Below, one piece after another: positions 38,051 to 48,214 of a stretch of 64,000 bases of DNA. The position numbers and the translations under genes are program-made. This stretch comes from a bacterium. Lineage in GTDB: Bacteria > Patescibacteriota > Minisyncoccia > Phycocordibacterales > CAIZLB01. The notes below the pieces were generated by a model. It saw only the letters and a program-made list of their open reading frames with translations. It was not told where the DNA came from and ran no database searches. How positions within the stretch are numbered: position 1 is the stretch's first letter; each line of letters opens with the position of its first letter. Where the stretch lies: assembly GCA_031411135.1 (NCBI GenBank), contig JANOAN010000013.1, positions 30,581 to 94,580 of the forward strand, in the 5' to 3' direction.

Positions 38051-38072
38051 CCATTAATATTACCAAAACAAA

Positions 38073-38987
38073 CTATATGCGCAAATACCTCTTCACGGCC
38101 AAATAGCTCGAAGTTGCCCCCAAAATGAGGCCAGAAACAATCAGCAAGAATGCCAACTGGAACCAATTCTCCTGGTAGTATTGGTACAAGTTAACAGTCA
38201 CTCCTAATGTGTCAGACAAAAGCCCTAACCAATATGAAATAGGCCACAGGACAAGCATTGTTAGGAGTCCTGAACAAATTCCGTACATTACACCAGATGT
38301 AACAAACGGACCTCTAATATACATTGCGCTCGCGCCTACCAATTGCATCACTGAAATTTCTTCTCGGAAGATAAATATTGCTAAGCGGATTGTATTGAAA
38401 GTAATGAGAACAGAAACAAAGATAAAGAAAGCTATTGCGGCAAAGCCTAATTTTTTTGATGCGACGATAATTTCAGAAAGCTTGTCGATTGCAACTTTAT
38501 TTTCATCGTAGTTAATTCGATCAACTGTTCCATTGTCACCTGAGTTGCTCTTTATAAACTTTACAATGGTCTCGTATTGAGATGGGTCTTTTGCACGCAC
38601 ACTAAGCTTTGCTCCGAGCGGGTTGTCACCCAATTCATCCAATGCTTGGAGTGTCAGCTGATCGTTCTGGTGTCTTAGTCTAAATTCTTTTAATGAATCT
38701 TCTTTATTTGTATAAGTAACATCAGCAACTTCAGGAAGAGCCTTCACTGACTTTACAATTTGATCGATGCCCTCTTGTACGGCATCCTTTGTAAAGTAGA
38801 CGTTAATATCAACTTTTGATTGAATATCCTTTAGTGTTGTATTCAAAACCACTCCGACAAATAAGACGCATGAAATGACAATAAGAGTGATTGTCATGAC
38901 CAAAATAGATGCTAATGACACGGAGCCATTGCGCCAAAAACTGATGAAACCCGATCGTAATGTTCTTTTGAGTTTAGTAAATAACAT
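38073..38987 (-). CDS. ftsX: cell-division permease FtsX
   Basis: FtsX topology (TM, large extracellular loop, three C-terminal TMs). Adjacent to ftsE. Confidence 0.8.
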   Translation of the reverse strand: MLFTKLKRTLRSGFISFWRNGSVSLASILVMTITLIVISCVLFVGVVLNTTLKDIQSKVDINVYFTKDAVQEGIDQIVKSVKALPEVADVTYTNKEDSLKEFRLRHQNDQLTLQALDELGDNPLGAKLSVRAKDPSQYETIVKFIKSNSGDNGTVDRINYDENKVAIDKLSEIIVASKKLGFAAIAFFIFVSVLITFNTIRLAIFIFREEISVMQLVGASAMYIRGPFVTSGVMYGICSGLLTMLVLWPISYWLGLLSDTLGVTVNLYQYYQENWFQLAFLLIVSGLILGATSSYLAVKRYLRI

Positions 38988-38997
38988 GTTGGTCTAA

Positions 38998-39678
38998 TTA
39001 TAATAAATATTTTCCTGACTTGTCATCACGAATAATTTTACCTGCCTCTACTGAAATCACCCGCTTTCCTAAACTGTCGATTACTCCCTTGTTGTGGGTT
39101 GTCAAAATAATAGTAGTACCAAGGTCATTAATTTTTTTCAAGATTTGAATGACTTCGAATGTATTCACTGGATCGAGGTTTCCAGTCGGCTCGTCCGCAA
39201 TAATAATATCAGGTTGATTCACGATAGCTCGAGCGATGGCAACCCTCTGTTTTTCCCCGCCGGACAATTGGTTCGGGAAATTGTGCATTTTCTTTTTCAA
39301 ATCAACCAGTTCTAAAACGTGAGGCACATCCGCTGCAATTTCCTCATCAGTGCGCCCTGCTGCCTCCATAGCAAAGGCAATATTTTCATAAGCAGTCATG
39401 TTAGGGATCAATCTAAAGTCCTGAAAAACCATTCCGATGCGACGACGATAATCGTTCATCTCCGAACGATTCAGGGTGTGTATATCAATATCCTCAAAAA
39501 ACACTTTACCTTTAGTGGGCTTATCTTCAGCTAGAATCATCTTTAACAAAGTAGACTTACCAGCACCAGAATGCCCCACGATAGAGACGAATTCTTTAGG
39601 TTTTATAGTTATACTGACCCCATCGAGAGCAAGGGATCCGTCCTTGTAAATCTTTGAAACATTGTCTAAAAGCAACAT
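38998..39678 (-). CDS. ftsE: cell-division ATP-binding protein FtsE
   Basis: Walker A GHSGAGKST, LSGGEKQRVAIARA, Walker B IIIADEPTGNLD. Confidence 0.85.
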   Translation of the reverse strand: MLLLDNVSKIYKDGSLALDGVSITIKPKEFVSIVGHSGAGKSTLLKMILAEDKPTKGKVFFEDIDIHTLNRSEMNDYRRRIGMVFQDFRLIPNMTAYENIAFAMEAAGRTDEEIAADVPHVLELVDLKKKMHNFPNQLSGGEKQRVAIARAIVNQPDIIIADEPTGNLDPVNTFEVIQILKKINDLGTTIILTTHNKGVIDSLGKRVISVEAGKIIRDDKSGKYLL

Positions 39679-39709
39679 TCCCTTATTCTAGCACAAATTG
39701 GTGAAAAAA

Positions 39710-40600
39710 TTACAAACTTTTCTCCGCTTCGATAAACAAGTCTATTCCCCCGTTTAAAACATCATCTACATTACTAGTCTCGGCATCGGTCCGGTGATCT
39801 TTAACCATTTTGTATGGATGCAGAACATACGAGCGAATTTGATTTCCCCATTCTATATCAGTGGTCTTGCTGATATACATTCCCTTTTCAGTCGCCATAC
39901 GCTCTTTTTCTTTTTGCGCATAAATTTTCCCACGTAAAATATCCATGGCTTTTTCTTTGTTCTGACCTTGAGAACGTTCCGTTGTTATATGAACAGATAA
40001 CTTCGTTGGAAGATGCACAATACGAACTGCAGTTTCTCTTTTGTTAACATTTTGCCCTCCTGGTCCTCCAGCCCTCGCATAAGTGATTTCCAATTCATCC
40101 TCTGGAATCTCAATATCCTGATTTTTTTCAAATTTTGGAATAACTTCTACCATTGAAAAAGAGGTGTGTCTTAACTGTTTGGCATTAAAAGGAGAAATTC
40201 GGACAAGTCGGTGCACACCGGATTCGTTCTTTAAAGTCCCGTAAACATTTTTTCCTTCAATTTCAAAAGTAATATTTCTGTACCCCCCATGATCATTTTG
40301 GTTTTCATGCAATATAAAAGCTTTCCAATTTTTCTTTTGGATATATTTTGAATACATATTAAAAAGCATAGATGAAAAATCTTCAGAATCGTCTCCCCCC
40401 GCACCTGAGAAGATTGTAACAACAGCTCCTAGATTGTCATACTTTCCCCCACCCTCCATTTCAATTTTTAAATCCTGCATCTCCTTTATCATCTCCTGAG
40501 CCTTAGCTGGATTCTGCCAAAAATCAACAGCGTTCATAGCTTCCTCAATCTGAGTAATTCTTGAGCTTATCTTCATCTTTTTTTCATCTCCAGGTGTCAT
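39710..40600 (-). CDS. prfB: peptide chain release factor 2 (short N-terminus, no programmed frameshift detected)
   Basis: GGQNVNK motif plus the RF2-specific SPF tripeptide (RISPFNA). Confidence 0.85.
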   Translation of the reverse strand: MTPGDEKKMKISSRITQIEEAMNAVDFWQNPAKAQEMIKEMQDLKIEMEGGGKYDNLGAVVTIFSGAGGDDSEDFSSMLFNMYSKYIQKKNWKAFILHENQNDHGGYRNITFEIEGKNVYGTLKNESGVHRLVRISPFNAKQLRHTSFSMVEVIPKFEKNQDIEIPEDELEITYARAGGPGGQNVNKRETAVRIVHLPTKLSVHITTERSQGQNKEKAMDILRGKIYAQKEKERMATEKGMYISKTTDIEWGNQIRSYVLHPYKMVKDHRTDAETSNVDDVLNGGIDLFIEAEKSL

Positions 40601-40686
40601 AATATTTCTGTTATGACTAACTTTAGCAAAAACCCATGAATATCACCACTTTTGACAGTCGTAATACTAAGTATATACTAGGTATT

Positions 40687-40962
40687 ATGAAAACCACTAC
40701 TAGCCTAAAGATAGATAAGGACATCAAGGACAAAGCGTCGAAACTGGCTGCTTCCCTTGGGCTTAGCCTTAGTACTGTAATTAATCACAGCTTGAAAAAG
40801 TTTATTGCTGATAAGAAGGTGATTTTTGAAGAACTTTCTTTCAACAAAAATACCTCACGGGAATTAAAACGCGCCCTGGAAGATATAGAAAAAGGCAGAA
40901 ACCTATCCCCTGCATTTGATAATGCCAAAGACGCAATTGCATGGCTTAATCGAAACTCTTAA
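40687..40962 (+). CDS. type II antitoxin, RelB/DinJ family
   Basis: MKTTTSLKIDKDIKDKASKLAASLGLSLSTVINHSLKKF is a DinJ-like ribbon-helix-helix. The listed ORF begins at 40636; start chosen at MKTTTS. Confidence 0.6.
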   Translation: MKTTTSLKIDKDIKDKASKLAASLGLSLSTVINHSLKKFIADKKVIFEELSFNKNTSRELKRALEDIEKGRNLSPAFDNAKDAIAWLNRNS

Positions 40963-41219
40963 TGAAGGTCCTATTTCTTAAGTCCTTTGCAAAAAGGCTT
41001 GGTAAAGTGCCGCAGAAAATTCGAGATAAATTCCGCGCACGCCTAATTATTTTTTTGGAAAACTCAAATCATCCCCTCCTAAACAACCACTCTGTGCACA
41101 AAGTTTTTGCAGGTTGTCGAAGTATTAATATAACGGGAGATTATCGGGCGATTTTTAAAATACAAAGTGGTACCTTCGTTTTTGTGACCGTCGGAACCCA
41201 CTCGGAACTTTATAAATGA
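40962..41219 (+). CDS. type II toxin, YafQ/RelE family mRNA interferase
   Basis: ITGDYRAIFKIQSGTFVFVTVGTHSELY is the RelE/YafQ C-terminal signature. 1-nt overlap with the antitoxin. Confidence 0.65.
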   Translation: MKVLFLKSFAKRLGKVPQKIRDKFRARLIIFLENSNHPLLNNHSVHKVFAGCRSINITGDYRAIFKIQSGTFVFVTVGTHSELYK

Positions 41220-41291
41220 GCCGTTGAACGGGATTGAACCGTCGACCTCGCCATTACCAATGACGTGCTCTACCAGCTGAGCTACAACGGC
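41219..41291 (-). tRNA. tRNA-Thr (anticodon GGU)
   Basis: Folded by hand: acceptor GCCGUUG/CAACGGC, D-arm GCUC-AGCUGGUAGAGC, anticodon loop UUGGUAA, T-loop UUCAAUC. CCA is not encoded. Confidence 0.85.
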
Positions 41292-41330
41292 GAATCATGT
41301 CGCGTTAGCGAACCGCGCGACCTCGATATA

Positions 41331-42131
41331 TTACACTCTCTTTTTTTCTGCGTAAACCGAAACCGTGCGTCGTTTCCACGCTTTGCCGTCTTTAACGTGC
41401 TTGTGAGATTTCATGAACTTATGGATAGTAAAATGTGGTTCCAAATACGCGCGAAGTTCCTCCTCTCCCCATACGTGTTCCGCCACGCCAATTTTGGGGT
41501 GAATGTAAGTTCCCGCTTCTTCTCCTGGATTTTCTTTTAACAATCTTTGCGCGTGCTGATCTTCATCAATGATGAAAGATTTAAAGAAAAACCAACCGAA
41601 AGGTTTCAGAACTCTGACCACCTCAGACAAATACTTTTCACGTTCATCGTGATTCAAGAAATGTGATGTCATCATATCGAGAACCACGTCCGCTTTTTCA
41701 TCTGCAACAGGTAAGACATCTTTGGCGGATTGCACGAAGAAATCAATTCCTAATTTTTTACCACCTGCGGTTCTGCTTGCTTGGTTAACTGCGACTTCTG
41801 AAATATCAAAACCTACGCCACGCATTTTATAGGTTTCAGACATATAAATTACATTGCGTCCGTTTCCGCAACCAACATCTAACACTAGTCCTTGTTTTGG
41901 AAAAGGAAACCACTCGGCATTTCTTTCCGCCCAGTGAGTGAACTTAACCATGTCAGACGACGGTTCATCAGATAAAATCAAATGCTCTGAGGTTTTGTAT
42001 TCCTTATCCCAAAAAGACTTTGAGATTTTGCCTTTTTTGGGGGGATTTTTTTTATTTTTATTCCACATATATTTTAATTTAGAATTAGACCAGGATTGTA
42101 ATAGAAAAGTAATACAACTCCGATAATACAA
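41331..42131 (-). CDS. class I SAM-dependent methyltransferase
   Basis: Motif I LVLDVGCGNGRN and post-I acidic residue (GFDISE). The start is possibly at the internal MWNKNKK (42068). Confidence 0.65.
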   Translation of the reverse strand: MYYRSCITFLLQSWSNSKLKYMWNKNKKNPPKKGKISKSFWDKEYKTSEHLILSDEPSSDMVKFTHWAERNAEWFPFPKQGLVLDVGCGNGRNVIYMSETYKMRGVGFDISEVAVNQASRTAGGKKLGIDFFVQSAKDVLPVADEKADVVLDMMTSHFLNHDEREKYLSEVVRVLKPFGWFFFKSFIIDEDQHAQRLLKENPGEEAGTYIHPKIGVAEHVWGEEELRAYLEPHFTIHKFMKSHKHVKDGKAWKRRTVSVYAEKKRV

Positions 42132-42159
42132 ACCACTATTGATATAATAATTTCTTTTT

Positions 42160-43824
42160 TCATGAAATTTGTTTTAAGCGTGACAACACCCTATCCTTTC
42201 CTAGTACTTTTAATACATAGAACAAGTTCGGTGTTCGATCTCGGCCTGTGACGCCGACTCTGATAGTTTTCATGAAAAGCGCAAAGTCCCCTTTGAACTT
42301 GTCTGGGGCTTCTTTATAAGCTTTTCGATCGACAGCGAAGCCTACCATAGTCGCCAATTTTTTGATATTCTCTACCCAATTTTCAAGCGAGTTTTCAGTA
42401 TAGTAAGAATCATCTGACAAAGTCTGCACTAAATCTTTCATAACCGTGTTAAGTCGATTTTCATCAACAAGATCTGCTACTAAAATTTGTTTTGCCTTTT
42501 TAGCATCGAAATATTCGTCAAAAAAGTAGTTTACTTGTGATACTCCCTGAGACCAGTTCACAATATCCTTTCGAGGATTTTCAGCATCACGTTCAATTGA
42601 GAGAACTTGATTAAAATATTCCAAATTATTCTTTGCTACGTTCGCAAATTCTGGGTCGTTTGATTCTGCCCACGCAATCATTTTCTGAGAAATCACATCT
42701 CCTGACATTTTTGCAATAATATCACCACTGATACTGTCTAGCTTTTTCATATCGAGAAGTGGTCCCCTGCCACCACGCTTTAATTCTTCTATAGAAAAAG
42801 GAAAATCTCTAACAGAAAGTTTTTTATTGCTCAAGTTCTCCGGTGCTTGCCACCAGTCATCAAAAGATGGGTTCGCAAGTCGGTACAAGTAGCCGATGAT
42901 TGCATCCTCCGAATACCCGGTTTTTGCATACATTTCAAAATTAGCTTCGGGGTCTTTACGCTTGCTGATTTTTCTGACAGTAGAACCTTCCTGCTTGTTA
43001 AGTGGCATAACATGACCATAAGCAGGAACTTGCCAGTTAAAAGCTCGCCATAAATCCAAATGCTTTGGTACAGAGGAAAGCCATTCCTCCCCTCTGATTA
43101 CAAAATTAGTTCCCATCAAATAATCATCCACTACGTGAGCAAAGTGATATGTCGGTATCCCATTAGATTTTAAGATTGGAAAGTCTTCGTCATTTTGCGG
43201 AACTTGTAAGTCGCCCAAAAACTCGTCCTTAAAAGGCTGCTTTGTATTTTGATCACCGTTAGATTTAAACCGCAAAACGAAAGGTGTTTTATTTTTTAAG
43301 GCTTCTTCAGTTTTTTCTTTCGGAGCATCACGCCACTTGGCATATTTACCGTAGTAACCAGGGCGAACTTTTTCTGCTTCTTGCTCTTTTCGCATTGCGG
43401 ACAGCTCCTCATGCGTCATAAAACATGGGTAGGCCAAGCCCCTCTTTATTAAGTCCTTTGCAAATGACTGGTAAATATCTACTCTTTCAGATTGAAGATA
43501 CGGACCATAATTTCCAGCAGTAGGGCCTTCGTCAGACTCTAGGCCATATTGCTTTAATCCTTTTATTATAAGCTCTCGCGCACCCGGCACTTCTCTTTCA
43601 TTATCTGTATCTTCGATTCGAAGTATAAAAATACCACCACTATCGCGAGCGATACGCTTGTTTATGAGTCCCATATACAAAGCACCAATATGGAGAAAAC
43701 CTGTAGGGCTTGGAGGGAGCCGAGTGACTTTAGCACCCGCTTTTAAGTCACGAGCTGGATATTTTTTAATCCAAAAATCAATATCGTTCTTAACGTCTGG
43801 TAAGAGAATGTCGGAAAAATCCAT
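42160..43824 (-). CDS. gltX: glutamyl-tRNA synthetase (class I, GluRS-type)
   Basis: HIGH as PSPTGFLHIG. GluRS-specific DGIPTYHFAHVVDD. KMSKS variant KISKRK. Confidence 0.8.
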   Translation of the reverse strand: MDFSDILLPDVKNDIDFWIKKYPARDLKAGAKVTRLPPSPTGFLHIGALYMGLINKRIARDSGGIFILRIEDTDNEREVPGARELIIKGLKQYGLESDEGPTAGNYGPYLQSERVDIYQSFAKDLIKRGLAYPCFMTHEELSAMRKEQEAEKVRPGYYGKYAKWRDAPKEKTEEALKNKTPFVLRFKSNGDQNTKQPFKDEFLGDLQVPQNDEDFPILKSNGIPTYHFAHVVDDYLMGTNFVIRGEEWLSSVPKHLDLWRAFNWQVPAYGHVMPLNKQEGSTVRKISKRKDPEANFEMYAKTGYSEDAIIGYLYRLANPSFDDWWQAPENLSNKKLSVRDFPFSIEELKRGGRGPLLDMKKLDSISGDIIAKMSGDVISQKMIAWAESNDPEFANVAKNNLEYFNQVLSIERDAENPRKDIVNWSQGVSQVNYFFDEYFDAKKAKQILVADLVDENRLNTVMKDLVQTLSDDSYYTENSLENWVENIKKLATMVGFAVDRKAYKEAPDKFKGDFALFMKTIRVGVTGRDRTPNLFYVLKVLGKDRVLSRLKQIS

Positions 43825-43863
43825 AATACGTAAATAGTAGCCTAATAGAGGCTTTTTATCAAT

Positions 43864-44568
43864 TTAACCCGCCAACTCTTCCTTCACTTCACGAGTATAA
43901 TCATCCCAAGCAAGAATCTTCCACATCGTCTTCTTTTTGGGAAAAATCCATCCCAAGAAACCACTGCGGTCCCACACTTCATCAGACTGACACACTGTGA
44001 CAGATGCATTATTAGAAGAATTCAGAAAGCTCATTAAGTTATACTTTTGCGCGGTTAATTTCGGGCCAGAATTGATAACAGCAGCAATCATCTTCAAGAA
44101 AATGCTGTGGGTCACAACTAAAAATTTTTCTTCAGGTCGGTGTGCTAAATAATCGAGAAGTGCCGTGGCGCGATCTCTTAAATCGGTGAAATTTTCTTCA
44201 TCAGAATATCTGAAGTCATCCGAGTGATAAGACTTATCGATAGTATCTACAATTTGTTTTATTTCAGGTAGGTTGGATGACTTACCGATAATTTCAGTCG
44301 GGTTTCTCCGTTCCGCAAGAAGCTCTACATATTCTGGAGGTTTTGGTAAGTTAATATGCTTTGAAATTAAATCGGCCGTCTCTACAGTTCTTTGGAAAGG
44401 ACTTACCAGCATGACATCAAAATACACTCCGGAAAGACGCTCTCCTGTCTTGTTCGCCTGTTCTCTACCTAGGTCACTTAGACTACCCTCTCGACCTTGG
44501 CGAATATGCTTAGCATTCAGAATGCTTTCTCCGTGGCGAATCATGTAGAAAATTTTTCTATTACTCAT
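43864..44568 (-). CDS. histidine-phosphatase superfamily protein (PGM-like branch)
   Basis: MIRHGESILN (RHGE catalytic motif). Confidence 0.6.
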   Translation of the reverse strand: MSNRKIFYMIRHGESILNAKHIRQGREGSLSDLGREQANKTGERLSGVYFDVMLVSPFQRTVETADLISKHINLPKPPEYVELLAERRNPTEIIGKSSNLPEIKQIVDTIDKSYHSDDFRYSDEENFTDLRDRATALLDYLAHRPEEKFLVVTHSIFLKMIAAVINSGPKLTAQKYNLMSFLNSSNNASVTVCQSDEVWDRSGFLGWIFPKKKTMWKILAWDDYTREVKEELAG

Positions 44569-44719
44569 CGGATCTACATTTTAATTATCAGGCCTCGCAC
44601 AGTTTTAGCTGAAAAGTAAACAGCCACTACAACAAACGATTTCCTGACTAGGCTGCCGTAATAGTGACTGGCAGGATTCTTTTTTAATTCGTATTCGTAT
44701 TGTGAGTCTTGATTATTCA

Positions 44720-46489
44720 TTATTTATTTTTCAATTTTGCCTGTAATTCCCTTTCTGCCAAATTGACCAGATGTTCATTTCTAATCTGATCGAAGTCTGA
44801 TAGATTGAAGCCGTGTGCACCGATGAGTTCTGACGCATGCTTCGCACCTAGAAAATGTGGCATGACCACATACGATGCTCCTGCCAAGTACAATTCCTTC
44901 GCATGTCTAATCTCATGTGAAAGTGTAATCACAATACCAGTTGGGTTTTGCTTTCTATAGTATTGAACCAAAAGAAGGTTAGTTTTAAAATCCGGAATTG
45001 AAGAGACTACAAGTTTTGCTTCATGGAACCCAATTTCCTGAAGAAATTCAAGATCCTCAGCATCACCATACCTGAATGGTACCCCCGTCGCTTGCATTTT
45101 TTTAATTGCTTGTGGATCAAAATCAACAACTACATATTTTTCCGTAATATTTTTAGCAGCTTTCACGAAGTCATACCCCACTCGATCGTACCCGAAAATG
45201 AGAACATCGAAACTTTGATCCGATCCCTTTTTCTCGTGCATATGCATTCTTCTAAATTCTAAGAGTCTGATTGGCTTTCGAAGTGACAAATATAATCCAT
45301 CTGCATAAATCACCAAGTAAGTTGAAGCAGAGATGGTGATAATTCCAACCAAAGTCACAAGTGATGCAACTGATTGAGTGATATGCCCTAGTGAAAGTCC
45401 TAGGGTAATTAGGATCAGCGAGAATTCACTAATTTGTGCCACCGTCAAACCGGTAGAGAAAGCAGTTTTTGGACGATACCCCATAAGATTCATCATGATG
45501 AAAACAATTATTGGTTTTACCACGACAACAAAAATTGAAAGCAGTATTGCTGGAATAAGTAGTGCTGAAAAATCACTCAACACCATCTGGGCCCCCAAGA
45601 GAATGAAGAAAAGAATTATGAAAAAATCTCTGAGTGGCTTCATACGAGAACCCATTTCATAAGCAAATGGAGAAACCGACAAAGTCACTCCGGCAACGAG
45701 TGCACCGATTTCGATTGAAAAGCCGAGAAACTGGAAGAGCGACGCTAGCCCTAACCCCCATGCCAGAGAAAAAACGAATAGTACCTCTTGATTTCCAGCA
45801 ATAAAGTTTGCAAGCTTCGGTAGAATATATTTACTAATAAAGTAAAGAGAAACCACCACCATAAAACCTTTAATAATCAGATCCCCAATTTCCGTCCATG
45901 CGGCGCTGTACATCTGAACATCTCCACCTACCGCCTTCGAACCTAATATAGAAATAATAAGAAGCGTAATTGTTGCAATCAAGTCCTGTACCAACAAGAT
46001 ACCGATAGCGATTTTTCCATACAATTTTGTGGTGTCCCCTCGGTCGGCCAGCAACTTTAAAATAATAATGGTGCTGCTGAATGTCAGGGCTGCTGATACA
46101 TACAATGATACTGTTTGATCGTACCCTAGAAGGCGCACAATGTAATATCCACCAAGTTCAGTAAAAAGAACCTGCCCTAAACCGATGACGAGAGACGCCT
46201 TCCCCACTTCTCGGATAATGTCTGGATTCAATCCCAGACCAACGATGAAAAGCAAAATTGAGATTCCGATTTTTGAAAACAATTCAATATCGTCTTTTGA
46301 GTGGAGAACATTTAAAACGTATGGGCCAACGAGAATTCCCGTTGCGATATACCCAACTACCATCGGCTGCTTGAATGCCCGCATAATGAGCGCAATCGCA
46401 GTCGCAAGCACCAATATAATTGATAATTCAGTGAACATTGTCATAAATATATACAAAAAGTATACCACAACAATATACTGACTATCCAC
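44720..46489 (-). CDS. monovalent cation:proton antiporter (CPA2/Kef-type) with a C-terminal RCK/TrkA-N domain
   Basis: About 12 TM helices followed by a Rossmann fold (VLIFGYDRVGYDFV). The start is possibly at MTMFTEL (46444). Confidence 0.8.
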   Translation of the reverse strand: MDSQYIVVVYFLYIFMTMFTELSIILVLATAIALIMRAFKQPMVVGYIATGILVGPYVLNVLHSKDDIELFSKIGISILLFIVGLGLNPDIIREVGKASLVIGLGQVLFTELGGYYIVRLLGYDQTVSLYVSAALTFSSTIIILKLLADRGDTTKLYGKIAIGILLVQDLIATITLLIISILGSKAVGGDVQMYSAAWTEIGDLIIKGFMVVVSLYFISKYILPKLANFIAGNQEVLFVFSLAWGLGLASLFQFLGFSIEIGALVAGVTLSVSPFAYEMGSRMKPLRDFFIILFFILLGAQMVLSDFSALLIPAILLSIFVVVVKPIIVFIMMNLMGYRPKTAFSTGLTVAQISEFSLILITLGLSLGHITQSVASLVTLVGIITISASTYLVIYADGLYLSLRKPIRLLEFRRMHMHEKKGSDQSFDVLIFGYDRVGYDFVKAAKNITEKYVVVDFDPQAIKKMQATGVPFRYGDAEDLEFLQEIGFHEAKLVVSSIPDFKTNLLLVQYYRKQNPTGIVITLSHEIRHAKELYLAGASYVVMPHFLGAKHASELIGAHGFNLSDFDQIRNEHLVNLAERELQAKLKNK

Positions 46490-46505
46490 GTAGCTCTTGG
46501 ATAGA

Positions 46506-46907
46506 TTAGCCTACCAAATCAGTTCTACTTTCTACCTTTGTATATATTAAAGAAAGCGCAAAAGATGCAATTACAAGACCGATATCCCGAACACCGCTTG
46601 CAGTAAAGCCAAAATCAAAAGCAATCAAAATGAGGTGAAGTGCCAGTATAAAAGAAGCGGTACGCACAAAGAACCCCATGGCTAAAATACTAGCAAATAC
46701 GACTTCAAATAATCCATTTGTCATAACTATCATGGCAGGGGGGATGTGAAGAAGATTTACTACCCAGTCTGGAACAATTGAGACCCAGCGGAGACTATCA
46801 ATTAACTGTGAAAATCCGAACCATAGAAATACCGCTGCCAAACCTAACCTAAGCAGTTCTATACCAAATTTCTGTCTCGTCATGATCATATTATTTTGCA
46901 TATGCAC
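46506..46907 (-). CDS. DoxX family membrane protein
   Basis: 4 TM helices. LLRLGLAAVFLWFGFSQL is the DoxX N-terminal pattern. Confidence 0.55.
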   Translation of the reverse strand: MHMQNNMIMTRQKFGIELLRLGLAAVFLWFGFSQLIDSLRWVSIVPDWVVNLLHIPPAMIVMTNGLFEVVFASILAMGFFVRTASFILALHLILIAFDFGFTASGVRDIGLVIASFALSLIYTKVESRTDLVG

Positions 46908-47367
46908 CTATTTTAAATCCACCTAAAACTCTAGCAGTCTTTGAATCACCACCATGCTGACCATTGTAACCACTTGAGCCATCGATACCACAAAGTGAAA
47001 GAATCTTTTTTTCACCCCCTGGATGATTCGGGATCCAACTTGTTAAGTCATAAACGTTTCCATTTATCGCAGACCAGCAACTTGATCGAGAATTATGCTC
47101 TGCAATTTGAGCTAAAGTTATACCACTAGGAGCTGCTATGGTAGTTGTTGTGTTTACAACAGGAGTTGAAATTATTTTGTAATCTTCAACGTCCTCTGGT
47201 TTAGCTATTTTTGCAGGCATCTCCTGAGTACTTGTGCTAACTGTTTGCACTTGGTTTGTATTATTTTCGACGGGCACAACAAAAGGCTTCTTTGTAAAGT
47301 AAACCAATGATCCGACAGCAATTACTAACACCAGACCAACGATAATTTTGATTATTTTTGAATTCAT
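46891..47367 (-). CDS. membrane-anchored cytochrome b5-like heme-binding domain protein
   Basis: N-terminal TM. The HPGG motif lies in LTSWIPNHPGGEKKIL. Overlaps the downstream DoxX gene. Confidence 0.6.
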   Translation of the reverse strand: MNSKIIKIIVGLVLVIAVGSLVYFTKKPFVVPVENNTNQVQTVSTSTQEMPAKIAKPEDVEDYKIISTPVVNTTTTIAAPSGITLAQIAEHNSRSSCWSAINGNVYDLTSWIPNHPGGEKKILSLCGIDGSSGYNGQHGGDSKTARVLGGFKIGAYAK

Positions 47368-47391
47368 TATGTTAATAATAACACAATAAAT

Positions 47392-48210
47392 CTACGGTGA
47401 TAATTTTTGCAAGTGATTAAAAATAACTTTGCCTTCCAAATGTTTTTCGGCTTCTAAGACTATTCTTTCCATAATTACGACAGACTCGACTGGGTAATTT
47501 CCACTAGCAGTTTCCTCTGAGAGCATGACACAATCTGCCCCCTCAAGGATTGCTTCCGCGACGTCAGTTACTTCGGCACGCGTTGGTTCTTGGTTTTTTG
47601 TCATTGAAAGCATCATCTGCGTTGCAACAATTACCGGCTTACCAGCCTTTTTACATTTAGAAATGATGTCGGATTGCACGAACGGTATTTTTTCAATTGG
47701 AATATTATTACCCAAATCACCACGAGCAACCATGACAGCATCCGCTTCTGAAATAATTTTATCCAAGTTTTCCAGTGCGATTGCTCTCTCAATTTTTGCA
47801 ATTACTTTTTGCTTTCCACTATTCTCTTTTATTGTTTCTCGGCACTTTATAATATCTTTTTCTGATGCAACAAATGAAACCGCAATATAGTCCACTGCAT
47901 GTTGTACTCCAAACTTAATCAATTCGATGTCGTGATCGGTTATGGCACTCTCTGAATCATAATTGTATGTATGACCGTTTTCATTTTGAATACGTGGTCC
48001 GGGTAAATCTTGAATTATCGGTAGTAAAATCCCTCTTTCTTTTTCAATCTTTCGAATATTTAAAATATGTTCGGCGTGATTTTCTAATGTGTTCCATGAA
48101 AAATTTAATCTAATTACACCTAACTGTTTTTCACACATCAAATTAATAACTTCATACGAAAAAGAACTTGGGCCAAGGGTTGCGATGATTTGTGCTTTTG
48201 AGGTTGGCAT
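47392..48210 (-). CDS. pyk: pyruvate kinase, short form (barrel domain only, 272 aa)
   Basis: MVARGDLG and TQMMLSM motifs. The C-terminal regulatory domain is missing. Confidence 0.7.
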   Translation of the reverse strand: MPTSKAQIIATLGPSSFSYEVINLMCEKQLGVIRLNFSWNTLENHAEHILNIRKIEKERGILLPIIQDLPGPRIQNENGHTYNYDSESAITDHDIELIKFGVQHAVDYIAVSFVASEKDIIKCRETIKENSGKQKVIAKIERAIALENLDKIISEADAVMVARGDLGNNIPIEKIPFVQSDIISKCKKAGKPVIVATQMMLSMTKNQEPTRAEVTDVAEAILEGADCVMLSEETASGNYPVESVVIMERIVLEAEKHLEGKVIFNHLQKLSP

Positions 48211-48214
48211 TTGT

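Noticed and set aside
39710-40700. Programmed +1 frameshift site (CUU UGA C) in prfB
   Set aside because: The upstream sequence was translated in all frames and no CTTTGAC or SD-like stimulator was found. The protein appears to start directly at ATG 40600 with a shortened N-terminal domain.
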